Source: a virus (Duplodnaviria > Caudoviricetes). Taken from it: 33,028 bases of DNA. Under the pieces are notes generated by a model, which made no database searches, had not been told where the DNA came from, and was given only the letters and a program-made list of their open reading frames with translations. Position 1 is the stretch's first letter. The number at the start of each line of letters is the position of its first letter. The stretch spans positions 1 to 33,028 of the IMG/VR virus record IMGVR_UViG_3300031991_000106; one strand, given 5' to 3'. Shown here piece by piece: positions 25,429 to 33,028 of the stretch. Made by a program: the position numbers and the translations under genes.

Positions 25429-26104
25429 ACGATTCGACGACTTCCAGGAGGCCATCAACGCCGCGATCGAGGGCAAGATGGCGTCCATGTGGACCGCACT
25501 GCCGGCGAGCATCGTCAGTGTCGATTTCGCCGCCCAGACGGCCACTCTGCAGCCATCGGTCAAATCGGTCGTCAGAAAGCCGGACGGTTCCCAGTCGGTC
25601 GTCAGCATGCCCATGTTGAGGGACGTCCCCTTGCACTTCCCGGGCGGGGGAGGGGTGTCGCTCACGTTCCCGGTCAAGGCAGGCGACGAAGCACTGGTCG
25701 TGTTCTCGTCGCGGCCAATCGATTCATGGACGCAGTCGGGGGGCGAGCAGGGCCAGATCGACGCTCGAACGCACGACCTGTCCGACGGCATGGCCCTTGT
25801 CGGGTTTCGCTCAAAGCCCAAGGCTCTGTCGAACGTCAGCTCGAACTCGACGCAGATCCGGTCGGACGATGGCATGACCAGCATCGACCTCAATCCGGGC
25901 AGCGGCGTGAGTCTCTCGACGCCGCACGCCGTATCGATCAATGCCGCCAGCGGCGTGGCAATCGCCGCGGGCGGCGGCGGTGCGACGATCGAAGGCGATC
26001 TGCGCGTCACGGGTGATGTCGTCGCCGGCACGATCAGCCTTCGTCACCACATTCACTCGGGCATTCAGCCGGGCGGCAGCAACACCGCCGAGCCGGTTCC
26101 CTGA
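25415..26104 (+). CDS. Baseplate spike (gp138/gpV-like)
   Basis: 'LTFPVKAGDE.LVVF..R.ID.W', 'RTHDLSDG', C-terminal 'SLRHHIH' metal-binding tip motif. Confidence 0.87.
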   Translation: MDLRERFDDFQEAINAAIEGKMASMWTALPASIVSVDFAAQTATLQPSVKSVVRKPDGSQSVVSMPMLRDVPLHFPGGGGVSLTFPVKAGDEALVVFSSRPIDSWTQSGGEQGQIDARTHDLSDGMALVGFRSKPKALSNVSSNSTQIRSDDGMTSIDLNPGSGVSLSTPHAVSINAASGVAIAAGGGGATIEGDLRVTGDVVAGTISLRHHIHSGIQPGGSNTAEPVP

Positions 26105-26105
26105 T

Positions 26106-26459
26106 ATGCGCTACCGGAAACTCGATGCCAACGGGGACATGGTCTTCGGCGGCGGGCAGGCGGCGTTCTGGCGCGACGTGCCCGAGGCGCCAGCACAGGC
26201 CGTCCTGACGCGACTGCGCCTGCAGCTCGGGGAATGGTTCCTCGACACGCGGGACGGAACGCCATGGAAAACCCGCGTCCTCGGCAAATACACCGCGAAC
26301 ACTCGAGACCCGGTCATCCGGGCCCGCGTGCTTGGATCCGAGGGCGTTATCGCGATAGTCGCGTATGGCAGCCAGCTTGATCGCGAGACGCGGCGCTTCG
26401 CAGTTCAGGTGACCATCGACACCCGCTATGGCCAGGCTGTCGTGAGAGGGCCGATCTGA
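26106..26459 (+). CDS. Baseplate wedge/sheath initiator protein
   Basis: 'MRYRKLDANGD..FG', 'GEWFLD...GTPW', 'IDTRYG'. Confidence 0.8.
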   Translation: MRYRKLDANGDMVFGGGQAAFWRDVPEAPAQAVLTRLRLQLGEWFLDTRDGTPWKTRVLGKYTANTRDPVIRARVLGSEGVIAIVAYGSQLDRETRRFAVQVTIDTRYGQAVVRGPI

Positions 26460-27631
26460 TGACATCCGTCGTCTGCGTGATCGACGAAACCGGTATTCAC
26501 GCGCCGGCGTTCGAGGACATCCTGACCTTCCTGAAAAACTCGTATCGCTCGATCTACGGGAAGGACGTGTATCTCGACAATGACAGTCAGGATGGTCAGC
26601 TTCTCGGCCTCTTCGCCGCTGCGATCAACGATGCGAATGCGATGGCGGTCGCGGTCTACAACGCCTTCAGTCCGTCCACGGCACAAGGCGCCGGGCTTTC
26701 CCGGGTCGTCAGGATCAATGGCATCGCGCGGCTGGTCCCGTCCTATTCGACCGTCGACCTGGTGATCGTCGGACAGGCCGGAACAACGATCACCAACGGC
26801 GTGGCGAGGGACGCAAGCGAACATCAATGGAAACTGCCGGCGAGCTTCACGATCCCGCCGTCCGGGGAAGTAACGGTCACCGCGACGGCCGCAACGATGG
26901 GTGCGTTAACGGCCGCGGCGCACACCGTGACCGCGATCGCCACGCCGACGCGCGGTTGGCAGAGCGTCGGCAATCCGCTTGCCGCGGTGCCTGGCGCGCC
27001 GGTCGAAAGCGACGCCCGGCTGCGTCAACGGCAGGGCGCGTCCACCGCGATCCCGTCAAGAACGGTGCTCGACGGGATGATCGGCGCCGTCGCACAGGTT
27101 GACGGAGTAACACGGTATTCAGCCTACGAGAACGACAGCGAACTAACGGACAGCAACGGCATCCAGGGCCATCGCGTTTCGCTCGTGGTCGATGGAGGAG
27201 ACGCCGCGGCGATCGCCTCTGCGATCGCCTTGAAGAAGACGCCCGGCTCCGGCACCCACGGCACGACGAGCCAGACCGTTACCGACGCATACGGCATTCC
27301 TCATGCAATCCGGTTCTACCGTCCGACCGTCGTGCCGATCACGGTGGCGCTGACCGTGAAGGCGATGGCAGGCTATACCGCCGCGATCGAGGCACGCATC
27401 AGGCAGGCCGTCGCCGACTGGATCAATGGGCTGGCGATCGGGGCCGATGTCCTGCTGACCCGCGTCTACGTGCCGGCGAACCTGAATGGAGGCGCTGGCA
27501 GCGGCACATTCGAAATCACGCTGCTGAAAATTGCGCGTGATGGAGGGACACCCGGCACCTCAGATCTCGTCATCGCCTTCAACGAGGCAGCGCAAGCCAC
27601 AATCACCAACGTGCAGATCACGGTGATGTGA
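26459..27631 (+). CDS. Baseplate J/gp47-family protein
   Basis: 'DSQDGQ', 'ESDARLRQRQ', 'YENDS', 'VVDGG'. Confidence 0.9.
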   Translation: MTSVVCVIDETGIHAPAFEDILTFLKNSYRSIYGKDVYLDNDSQDGQLLGLFAAAINDANAMAVAVYNAFSPSTAQGAGLSRVVRINGIARLVPSYSTVDLVIVGQAGTTITNGVARDASEHQWKLPASFTIPPSGEVTVTATAATMGALTAAAHTVTAIATPTRGWQSVGNPLAAVPGAPVESDARLRQRQGASTAIPSRTVLDGMIGAVAQVDGVTRYSAYENDSELTDSNGIQGHRVSLVVDGGDAAAIASAIALKKTPGSGTHGTTSQTVTDAYGIPHAIRFYRPTVVPITVALTVKAMAGYTAAIEARIRQAVADWINGLAIGADVLLTRVYVPANLNGGAGSGTFEITLLKIARDGGTPGTSDLVIAFNEAAQATITNVQITVM

Positions 27632-28308
27632 TGCCAAACCTCGGCGAGTATCTTGCGCTCATCCCGCCCCAGAACCGGGAGCGGCCCCGCTTCACCGCGA
27701 CGGTCTCCGCGCTTGTCGAGCCGCTCGCCGGGGTTCAGGACTTCATCGCCGGCCTGCCGCGAGACTTCGATCTCGACGTAGCGATCGGCGCGCAACTGGA
27801 CGTGGTTGGCGAGTGGGTCGGCCGGTCGAGGTTCGTCCCGCTGCCGTTGCCCGGCCTGTTCTTCTCGTTCGACATCGAAAATCGAGGCTTCGATGTCGGA
27901 ATCTGGAAGGGGCCCTATGACAGCGAAAGCGGCATCACGCGTCTCGACGACGACACCTACCGGATGCTGCTTCGCGCCAAGATTGCCGCGAACAATTGGG
28001 ACGGCACGCTGAGCGGTGCCAGGGCAGCTCTGGACACGATCTTCACCGATCAGCAAAGCCTTCTGTTCATCCAGGACAACGGCGACATGTCGGTCACGTT
28101 CGGTGTTTCCGGCAGGATTCCGTCGCCGCTGTTCCTCGCATTGCTCGCCGGAGGCTATCTGCCGCTGAAGCCGGAGGGCGTGCAGGCGTTCTACAGCATT
28201 ACCTCGATCGATGGCGAAGCACTCTTCGGCTTCGACGTTGAGAATGAATATGTCGCCGGATTCGATGCCGGCGCCTTTGGTGTCCACCCGTCGTATTTCA
28301 CGACCTGA
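27631..28308 (+). CDS. Baseplate wedge protein (DUF2612-type)
   Basis: 'FDLDVAIGAQLDVVGEWVG', 'YRMLLRAKI..N.WDGT', 'IQDNGDMS'. Confidence 0.85.
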   Translation: MPNLGEYLALIPPQNRERPRFTATVSALVEPLAGVQDFIAGLPRDFDLDVAIGAQLDVVGEWVGRSRFVPLPLPGLFFSFDIENRGFDVGIWKGPYDSESGITRLDDDTYRMLLRAKIAANNWDGTLSGARAALDTIFTDQQSLLFIQDNGDMSVTFGVSGRIPSPLFLALLAGGYLPLKPEGVQAFYSITSIDGEALFGFDVENEYVAGFDAGAFGVHPSYFTT

Positions 28309-28323
28309 TCAACGGAAGATTTT

Positions 28324-29574
28324 ATGCCGACGAACCAACTGCTCCCCTTCGCGACGGGCGGCGGAGCAAACGTACTCTCGCCTGCATCCTATGCCGCTCT
28401 TGCCGCGCGCCTCACGGGTTTCACGGCGGGCGTCGCGCAATCGGTACAGTTGAACTCGGCATGGCGGCAGGCGGCATTCGCTGCCGCCATGATCGGGCAG
28501 TTTACCGCCGACAACAGCGGTCAGGACACACTCGACGACGGCGATGTGGCGAAGTTTGAGCAAAATTTCACCCGTGCTGTCGAGGCTGCGGTTTTCGCGA
28601 CGATCTTCGCCACCCAGGCGGACACGTTCGCCGGCACGCGGCTCGACCGTGCCGTCAATCCGAAGCGTCTCGCCGAAACCATCCTGCGCGACAATTTCAA
28701 GTTCGCCTACGCCACCGGCACGCCGAACGCGCTGGCGGTCACGCTGCCGGGGCTGGCGACGCCTTTCGGCATCGCGTCGGGCGAACTCAATTCCTTCATG
28801 CTGTTCGCCACGCAGACCAATACCGGCGCCGCGACGCTTTCGATCAACGCCGGCCCGGCGATACCGCTGGTCAGGCGCGGCGGCGTCGCCGTACAGCCCG
28901 GCGATATCCGGTCGGGACCCTATCTGGTCGTGCGCGAGGGTAACAACCTGCGCGTAGCCGGCGCGCTGCCGAGCGACTATTCGCGCAAGAGCATGGCTGT
29001 CTATTCGACGCCCGGAACATTCAGCTTCACCGTGCCGGACGGCGTCTACGTCCTGCGCGGCCGCGTCTGGGGCGCCGGCGGCGGCGGCGGCGGATCGTCG
29101 GGAGGGACGTTCACCGCCGGTTCGGCCGGTGGCAACGGCGGCTACGGGGAAGGTGTCTATCCGGTCACGCCGCTCCAGGGGCTGGCGATCACCGTCGGCG
29201 GCGGGGGTATCGGCGGCATCGGCGCGAACGGCACGCCGGGCGGCACGACATCGCTCGGTGCGCTGATCTCGGCGACGGGTGGAGGCTTGGGGTACGCCGG
29301 GCTAGGCGGCATCCAGAGCACCCTGTTCGCACCGGGCGGCAACGCCACCGGCGGGTTGCTGAATATCCAGGGCGGTGTCGGCGGCTACGGGTTCGGGGCC
29401 GGCGGCACGGCTTTCGGCGGTTTCGCGCAAGGCGATTTCGGCCGGCCGGGCGGCACCATCACCTCCGGCAGCGACGGCGCGGCCGGCGTCTTTCCGGGCG
29501 GCGGCGGCACCGGCGGCAGCGCCAACGGACGTGGCGGCAACGGCGGCAACGGCTTCGTCACGCTCGAATATTGA
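28324..29574 (+). CDS. Tail fibre protein with C-terminal glycine-rich domain
   Basis: N-terminal anchor 'NQLLPFA...NVL...GF.AG.A.S..LN...RQ'; 'TNTGAATLSIN'; 'PGTFSFTVPDGV...WGAGGGGG' Gly-rich C-terminus. Confidence 0.85.
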   Translation: MPTNQLLPFATGGGANVLSPASYAALAARLTGFTAGVAQSVQLNSAWRQAAFAAAMIGQFTADNSGQDTLDDGDVAKFEQNFTRAVEAAVFATIFATQADTFAGTRLDRAVNPKRLAETILRDNFKFAYATGTPNALAVTLPGLATPFGIASGELNSFMLFATQTNTGAATLSINAGPAIPLVRRGGVAVQPGDIRSGPYLVVREGNNLRVAGALPSDYSRKSMAVYSTPGTFSFTVPDGVYVLRGRVWGAGGGGGGSSGGTFTAGSAGGNGGYGEGVYPVTPLQGLAITVGGGGIGGIGANGTPGGTTSLGALISATGGGLGYAGLGGIQSTLFAPGGNATGGLLNIQGGVGGYGFGAGGTAFGGFAQGDFGRPGGTITSGSDGAAGVFPGGGGTGGSANGRGGNGGNGFVTLEY

Positions 29575-29584
29575 GGGGATCATC

Positions 29585-30067
29585 ATGAGCCGCTACGCGC
29601 GCATCCAGGACAATATCGTCGCCGAGATCGTCATGGTGCCCGAAGGCATGGACATCGCCGACATGTTCCATGCCGGCATCGTCGGGAGCTTCGTGGCGTG
29701 CCCCGACGGCGTCGGGCCCAACTGGCAGTCCGACGGCGACGGTTTCGCGGCGCCCGCCGCGCCACCACCGCTTCCCCAGCCGGTCCCCGCCACCATCACG
29801 CCGCGCCAGCTGCTGATCGGGCTGATGCGGGCCGGCATCATCAGTCCGGCCGAGGCCGAGGCCGCCGCCACCACCGGCGCCGTGCCGGCCGCCGTCGCCG
29901 CGGTGTTCGAGGCGCTGCCGGCGCAAGAGGCGGTCGAGGCGCGCATCACCTTCGCGCGCATGGGACAAGTCGAGCGCGACAATCCGCTGCTGTGGGCGGC
30001 CATGGCGGCGGCGGGATCGAGCCAGGCCGACCTCGACGAATTCTTCCGCGCCTGCGCGGCGATCTGA
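29585..30067 (+). CDS. Tail fibre assembly-like protein
   Basis: Follows the fibre with GAGGGG Shine-Dalgarno; 'YARIQDNIVAEI', 'VPATITPRQ', 'DLDEFFRACAAI'. Confidence 0.72.
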   Translation: MSRYARIQDNIVAEIVMVPEGMDIADMFHAGIVGSFVACPDGVGPNWQSDGDGFAAPAAPPPLPQPVPATITPRQLLIGLMRAGIISPAEAEAAATTGAVPAAVAAVFEALPAQEAVEARITFARMGQVERDNPLLWAAMAAAGSSQADLDEFFRACAAI

Positions 30068-30150
30068 ACGGTCGAATTCCCAGCCAATCGGAGATCATCC
30101 AATGCCCGCCACTGCCCCGCGCTGGCCCCGCCAGCGGGATTGCGATGCCG

Positions 30151-30450
30151 TCACGCCTCCACAAGGGCCCGTTGAATGGCGGCGGGCTCCTTCAGGATCA
30201 CCATCAGAAAGGCGCGATGGGCCTGCTGCGGGCTTGACCGATGCTGTTCCCAATCGCGGATCTGGGCGATCGTGAAACCGTACCGCGCCGCGAACTCCTG
30301 CTGTGTGAGGCGCTGCGCCTTGCGGATCGCCCTGACGTCGATCTCGGCAGGCACGTGAACGCGGAAGGCATCGGGGTCGGCTTCGCCACGCGCGAAGGCC
30401 AGCGCGTCCTCCAGCCCCGCCTTGATCTTGTTGAACGCCTTCCTCGCCAT
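30151..30450 (-). CDS. higA: HigA-like HTH antitoxin
   Basis: 'AFNKIKAGLEDAL', 'IDVRAIRK...LTQQEFAARYGF...IRDWEQ.R..P'; AGGAG Shine-Dalgarno. Confidence 0.85.
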   Translation of the reverse strand: MARKAFNKIKAGLEDALAFARGEADPDAFRVHVPAEIDVRAIRKAQRLTQQEFAARYGFTIAQIRDWEQHRSSPQQAHRAFLMVILKEPAAIQRALVEA

Positions 30451-30483
30451 CGTCGCTCTCCTGTCTGTCGCTTGCGCTATTTG

Positions 30484-30849
30484 TCACGGGGCACCGCGAC
30501 CGAGGCGGCGCACCTGTTTGCGATACGTATCGACCAGCGCCCTGGTCAGGCCCTTCAGCTCGTTGCATTCGGCCCTGGTCAGGTTGCTCTTTTCGCCCTT
30601 CCCGAAAACCGTGACCAGAAACACCGGAACGTTCGGGCCCGAGAAGAAGGTCACCACGCGGTAGCCGCCGCTCTTGCCCTTGCCCCGTCCGGCAACCCGC
30701 AGCTTGCGGCACCCGCCGGTGCCGACGATCTCGTCGCCAGTCCTCGGGTTCAGACCCACCAGAACCTCGATCTCCTCAATCCCGGCGAAGGCAAGCCCCG
30801 CCTCCCTGGCATCCCGGAGAAACGCTGTGGTGCTGATGACCGTGTGCAT
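30484..30849 (-). CDS. higB: RelE/HigB-family toxin
   Basis: 'NPRTGDEIVGTGGCRKLR...GKGKSGGYRV', 'VFGKGEKSNL'. Confidence 0.9.
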   Translation of the reverse strand: MHTVISTTAFLRDAREAGLAFAGIEEIEVLVGLNPRTGDEIVGTGGCRKLRVAGRGKGKSGGYRVVTFFSGPNVPVFLVTVFGKGEKSNLTRAECNELKGLTRALVDTYRKQVRRLGRGAP

Positions 30850-30905
30850 GACAGAAACTATGTGGAATACGTAGTTTTGTCAAACGAAAATACGTAAAAT
30901 ACGCA
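30850..30905 (-). promoter_or_regulatory. higBA-like promoter and operators
   Basis: TTGACA (30878-30883)-17 nt-TAGTTT (30855-30860)-5 nt-ATG; palindrome AAACTATGTGGAATACGTAGTTT (30855-30877) and related TACGTAAAATACGCA (30891-30905). Confidence 0.75.
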
Positions 30906-30916
30906 GTTTCACCCCG

Positions 30917-30938
30917 CCCGCTTCGGCGGGTTCCTGTT
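30917..30938 (+). terminator. Possible intrinsic terminator or hairpin upstream of the lysis cassette
   Basis: CCCGC-TTCG-GCGGG stem with cUUCGg tetraloop followed by a weak U tract TTCCTGTT. Confidence 0.4.
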
Positions 30939-31077
30939 GCCCGGAGATGCCGATGTCCAGGGCCCCGCTTGCCGGGCGCGGGCCGTCGCGTCTGGCGCGG
31001 CGAAACCAGGCGCCTGCCCGTCGCCGTCGCGATGGCGACGGCAATGAAACAGCAACAGCAATTGGTGGTGGCCTCCA

Positions 31078-31830
31078 ATGAATATCGATGAACTCAGGCG
31101 CTTCGCCCCGGGCGCCAGGCCCGCGATCCTCAATGGGATCGTTGAGCACTGGCATCACGCCGAATCGAGCGACATCAACTCGCCGCTGCGCATCTGCCAT
31201 TTCATGGCCCAGCTGGCGCACGAAAGCGACGGGCTGAACACCACTGTCGAATATGCCGACGGGTCGGCCTACGAGGGCCGCAAGGACCTGGGCAACACGC
31301 AGGCCGGCGACGGAAAACGCTTCAGGGGACGCGGCCTGATCCAGCTCACCGGACGCGCCAACTACCGGAAGTTCGGCGCCGAGAAGGACCCGGAATCGGT
31401 GGCCGGGTTTCCGGATGCGTTTCGGGCGGCCTGCTGGTTCTGGAACCTCAACGGTCTCAATCGTCTTGCCGACCGGCAAGACATCCGCGCCGTCACGCGG
31501 CGCATCAACGGCGGCTATAACGGGCTGCCCGACCGCCGCAACCGGTTCCGCAAGGCCGCCGCCATCTGGGGCGCGGGAGAGGTCAACCCGCAAGGCAAGC
31601 CGTTTATCGGTTCCCGCACGGTCAAGGCGGCCATGGGCAGCGGCGCGGCCGGCCTCGCGGCGATCGCCGACGGCGTCTATCAGGCGAGCACGGCCGTCGA
31701 GCGCGGTCAGACGATCTCGGAAGCCTTCGGCATCTCGCTCGTCACGCTGGCGCTTGGCGCGGCCGTGGCCGGGCTGCTGGCCTACATCCTGTACGACCGC
31801 TGGTTCGTCTATCGCAATGAGGGGCTGTGA
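31078..31830 (+). CDS. Endolysin, glycoside hydrolase family 19, with hydrophobic C-terminal extension
   Basis: 'HFMAQLAHES', 'YEGRKDLGN...GDGKRFRGRGLIQLTGRANY', 'TRRINGGYNGL.DR'. Confidence 0.92.
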   Translation: MNIDELRRFAPGARPAILNGIVEHWHHAESSDINSPLRICHFMAQLAHESDGLNTTVEYADGSAYEGRKDLGNTQAGDGKRFRGRGLIQLTGRANYRKFGAEKDPESVAGFPDAFRAACWFWNLNGLNRLADRQDIRAVTRRINGGYNGLPDRRNRFRKAAAIWGAGEVNPQGKPFIGSRTVKAAMGSGAAGLAAIADGVYQASTAVERGQTISEAFGISLVTLALGAAVAGLLAYILYDRWFVYRNEGL

Positions 31831-32183
31831 TGCTGGCCGTCCTGCTCTCTCCCGTCGGCCGCTGGCTCGGGCTCGCCGGCCTTGCCATCGCCCTGGTCCT
31901 CGGTGCCTACGGCTACGGCCGCGTGAAGGGCCATGCCGCCGCCTCGGCCGAATGCCGGACGTCCGCGCTGCGCGCCGAGGTCGCCATCCTGAAAGCCGAC
32001 CTCGCGGCCGAGCGTGCCGCCCGCGCCGATGCCGCCGCCCGCTCCACCGAACTCCAGATCAGTTCCGACGCCGCACAGGGGAGACTCGATGCGTTACAGA
32101 CCTACATTGCCACGCTGCCTGCTGCCGATCGGTGCCTGCTTGGTCCTGATGCTGTCCAGCGCCTGCTCGACGCTGCCCGGTGA
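31830..32183 (+). CDS. Inner-membrane spanin (Rz-like)
   Basis: N-terminal TM helix then Ala-rich coiled coil with a C-terminal Cys; overlaps a lipoprotein gene. Confidence 0.7.
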   Translation: MLAVLLSPVGRWLGLAGLAIALVLGAYGYGRVKGHAAASAECRTSALRAEVAILKADLAAERAARADAAARSTELQISSDAAQGRLDALQTYIATLPAADRCLLGPDAVQRLLDAAR

Positions 32184-32382
32184 GCCGCCGGTCGCCCGGC
32201 AACTGCCGGCCGAGCCGGACTTTGCCCGGCCCGTCAAGATCGCCGATCCCCGGCCCGGCGAGAGCGCCATCGTCGTCGCGGCGCGTGAGCGGGCAGGGCG
32301 GCTGCAGGCCAACCGCGTCATCGAGGCGTTCCGAGGCTTCTATTCCAGCGTGAGGGCCAGCTATGCGCAGCCCGGGCAGTGA
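32089..32382 (+). CDS. Outer-membrane spanin lipoprotein (Rz1-like)
   Basis: GGGGAG Shine-Dalgarno, lipobox-like 'LSSAC', Pro-rich mature part, overlaps the i-spanin 3' end in another frame. Confidence 0.7.
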   Translation: MRYRPTLPRCLLPIGACLVLMLSSACSTLPGEPPVARQLPAEPDFARPVKIADPRPGESAIVVAARERAGRLQANRVIEAFRGFYSSVRASYAQPGQ

Positions 32383-32398
32383 TGGGGAGCGTGCGGAC

Positions 32399-32614
32399 AT
32401 GGACACGCGCGATCGGCTGATCAAGCTCGAGGTCGAGGTCGTGCACCTTCGCGAGAAACTCGATGAGGCCGGCAGGAAGGTCACCGAGATGCATACGCTG
32501 CTAATGGAGAGCCGGGGCGCCTGGAAGTTCATGCTCGCCGCCGCCGGCCTGGCCAGCGGCGCCACGGCGCTAGCAATCAAGGTGCTGCCGTGGCTCGGGG
32601 GAGCGCCACGGTAG
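32399..32614 (+). CDS. Holin-like / coiled-coil membrane protein
   Basis: Coiled coil then a single C-terminal TM ('GAWKFMLAAAGLASGATALAI'); in the lysis cassette; GGGGAG Shine-Dalgarno. Confidence 0.55.
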   Translation: MDTRDRLIKLEVEVVHLREKLDEAGRKVTEMHTLLMESRGAWKFMLAAAGLASGATALAIKVLPWLGGAPR

Positions 32615-32683
32615 GCTAATTCTGCAAATGCAACGGATTGCTTGCACGGTCCTATTCTTGCCACCCCATATGACAGGTGACCC

Positions 32684-33028
32684 ATGACCCGCATCGCCTA
32701 TGCGCTCGCGGGGCTCGTGCTCGCGTGCATCCCGGTTACTGGCGGCCCGCTGGCGCCACGCTGCGCCTCTATCGATGCGGTGATCGACAGTATCCCGGCC
32801 AATGGACGTCACGAAGTCCTGACAGGGCCGTCGCTTCACCGTGCCGTGCGGCTGTTTAATGCCTTTCCGCCGGAGAGCTCGGAAGCCTTCGATGTCGTGA
32901 TCCGGGCGGAAGGGGAGGGCGTCGCCGTGCTGTTTTTCGGCTCCGGCACGCTGATCTGCGCGCGGCTCATCATGGCGCCGGGCGAGATCGAGTTGGTCCG
33001 CCTCGCGCTGTTCGGGGAGCCGGCGTGA
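32684..33028 (+). CDS. Hypothetical exported protein
   Basis: Signal-peptide-like N-terminus; AGGTGA Shine-Dalgarno; no recognised family. Confidence 0.55.
   Translation: MTRIAYALAGLVLACIPVTGGPLAPRCASIDAVIDSIPANGRHEVLTGPSLHRAVRLFNAFPPESSEAFDVVIRAEGEGVAVLFFGSGTLICARLIMAPGEIELVRLALFGEPA

Larger units (their letters stand above)
1..33028 (+). mobile_element. Prophage (contractile-tail myovirus type), replication, packaging, head, tail and lysis region; both ends lie outside the window
   Basis: Canonical order terminase-portal-head-neck-sheath-tube-TMP-baseplate-fibre-lysis on the + strand, mostly with overlapping or abutting stop/start codons; no integrase or att site visible. Confidence 0.95.

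Noticed and set aside
16464-29574. Tailocin, eCIS or T6SS locus
   Set aside because: Terminase, portal, capsid and replication genes are present, so it is a phage.
28324-30150. Diversity-generating retroelement or invertible fibre cassette
   Set aside because: No reverse transcriptase, template/variable repeat pair or intact invertase was seen.
32623-32646. Imperfect inverted repeat TGCAA...TTGCA before the last gene
   Set aside because: Short and interrupted; cannot be assigned as operator or terminator.
1-33028. tRNA/rRNA genes, integrase, att sites, and the many long antisense ORFs in the track
   Set aside because: No RNA-gene or integrase signatures were recognised; long antisense ORFs are expected in high-GC coding DNA.

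Overview
The window is the replication-to-lysis segment of a GC-rich temperate myovirus-type prophage, probably from an alphaproteobacterial (Hyphomicrobiales-like) host; the host assignment is inference. The + strand carries replication genes, a putative late regulator, small and large terminase, DUF1073-type portal, SPP1 gp7-type head protein, DUF2213 protease/scaffold, decoration protein, DUF2184-type major capsid, neck genes, DUF3383-type sheath, tube, a tail chaperone with a -1 frameshift extension, a tape measure protein with a lambda-R-type muramidase domain, baseplate, Gly-rich fibre, GH19 endolysin, spanins and a holin-like gene. The unusual part is the accessory load. Six type II toxin-antitoxin pairs (HicAB, two BrnTA, HigB/HigA-peptidase, two RelE/HTH) and one orphan antitoxin sit at gene junctions. 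Most have a very compact, apparently leaderless promoter overlapped by paired palindromic operators. One pair lies inside a 3,227-bp IS1-family element with perfect 22-bp inverted repeats and an 8-bp target duplication. That element carries a three-gene HigB / HTH-Zn-peptidase / unknown operon, a candidate anti-phage system. Antisense genes for small exported Cys-containing proteins flank the tape measure/baseplate genes. All family assignments come from motif recognition and gene order by eye; no database searches were run.
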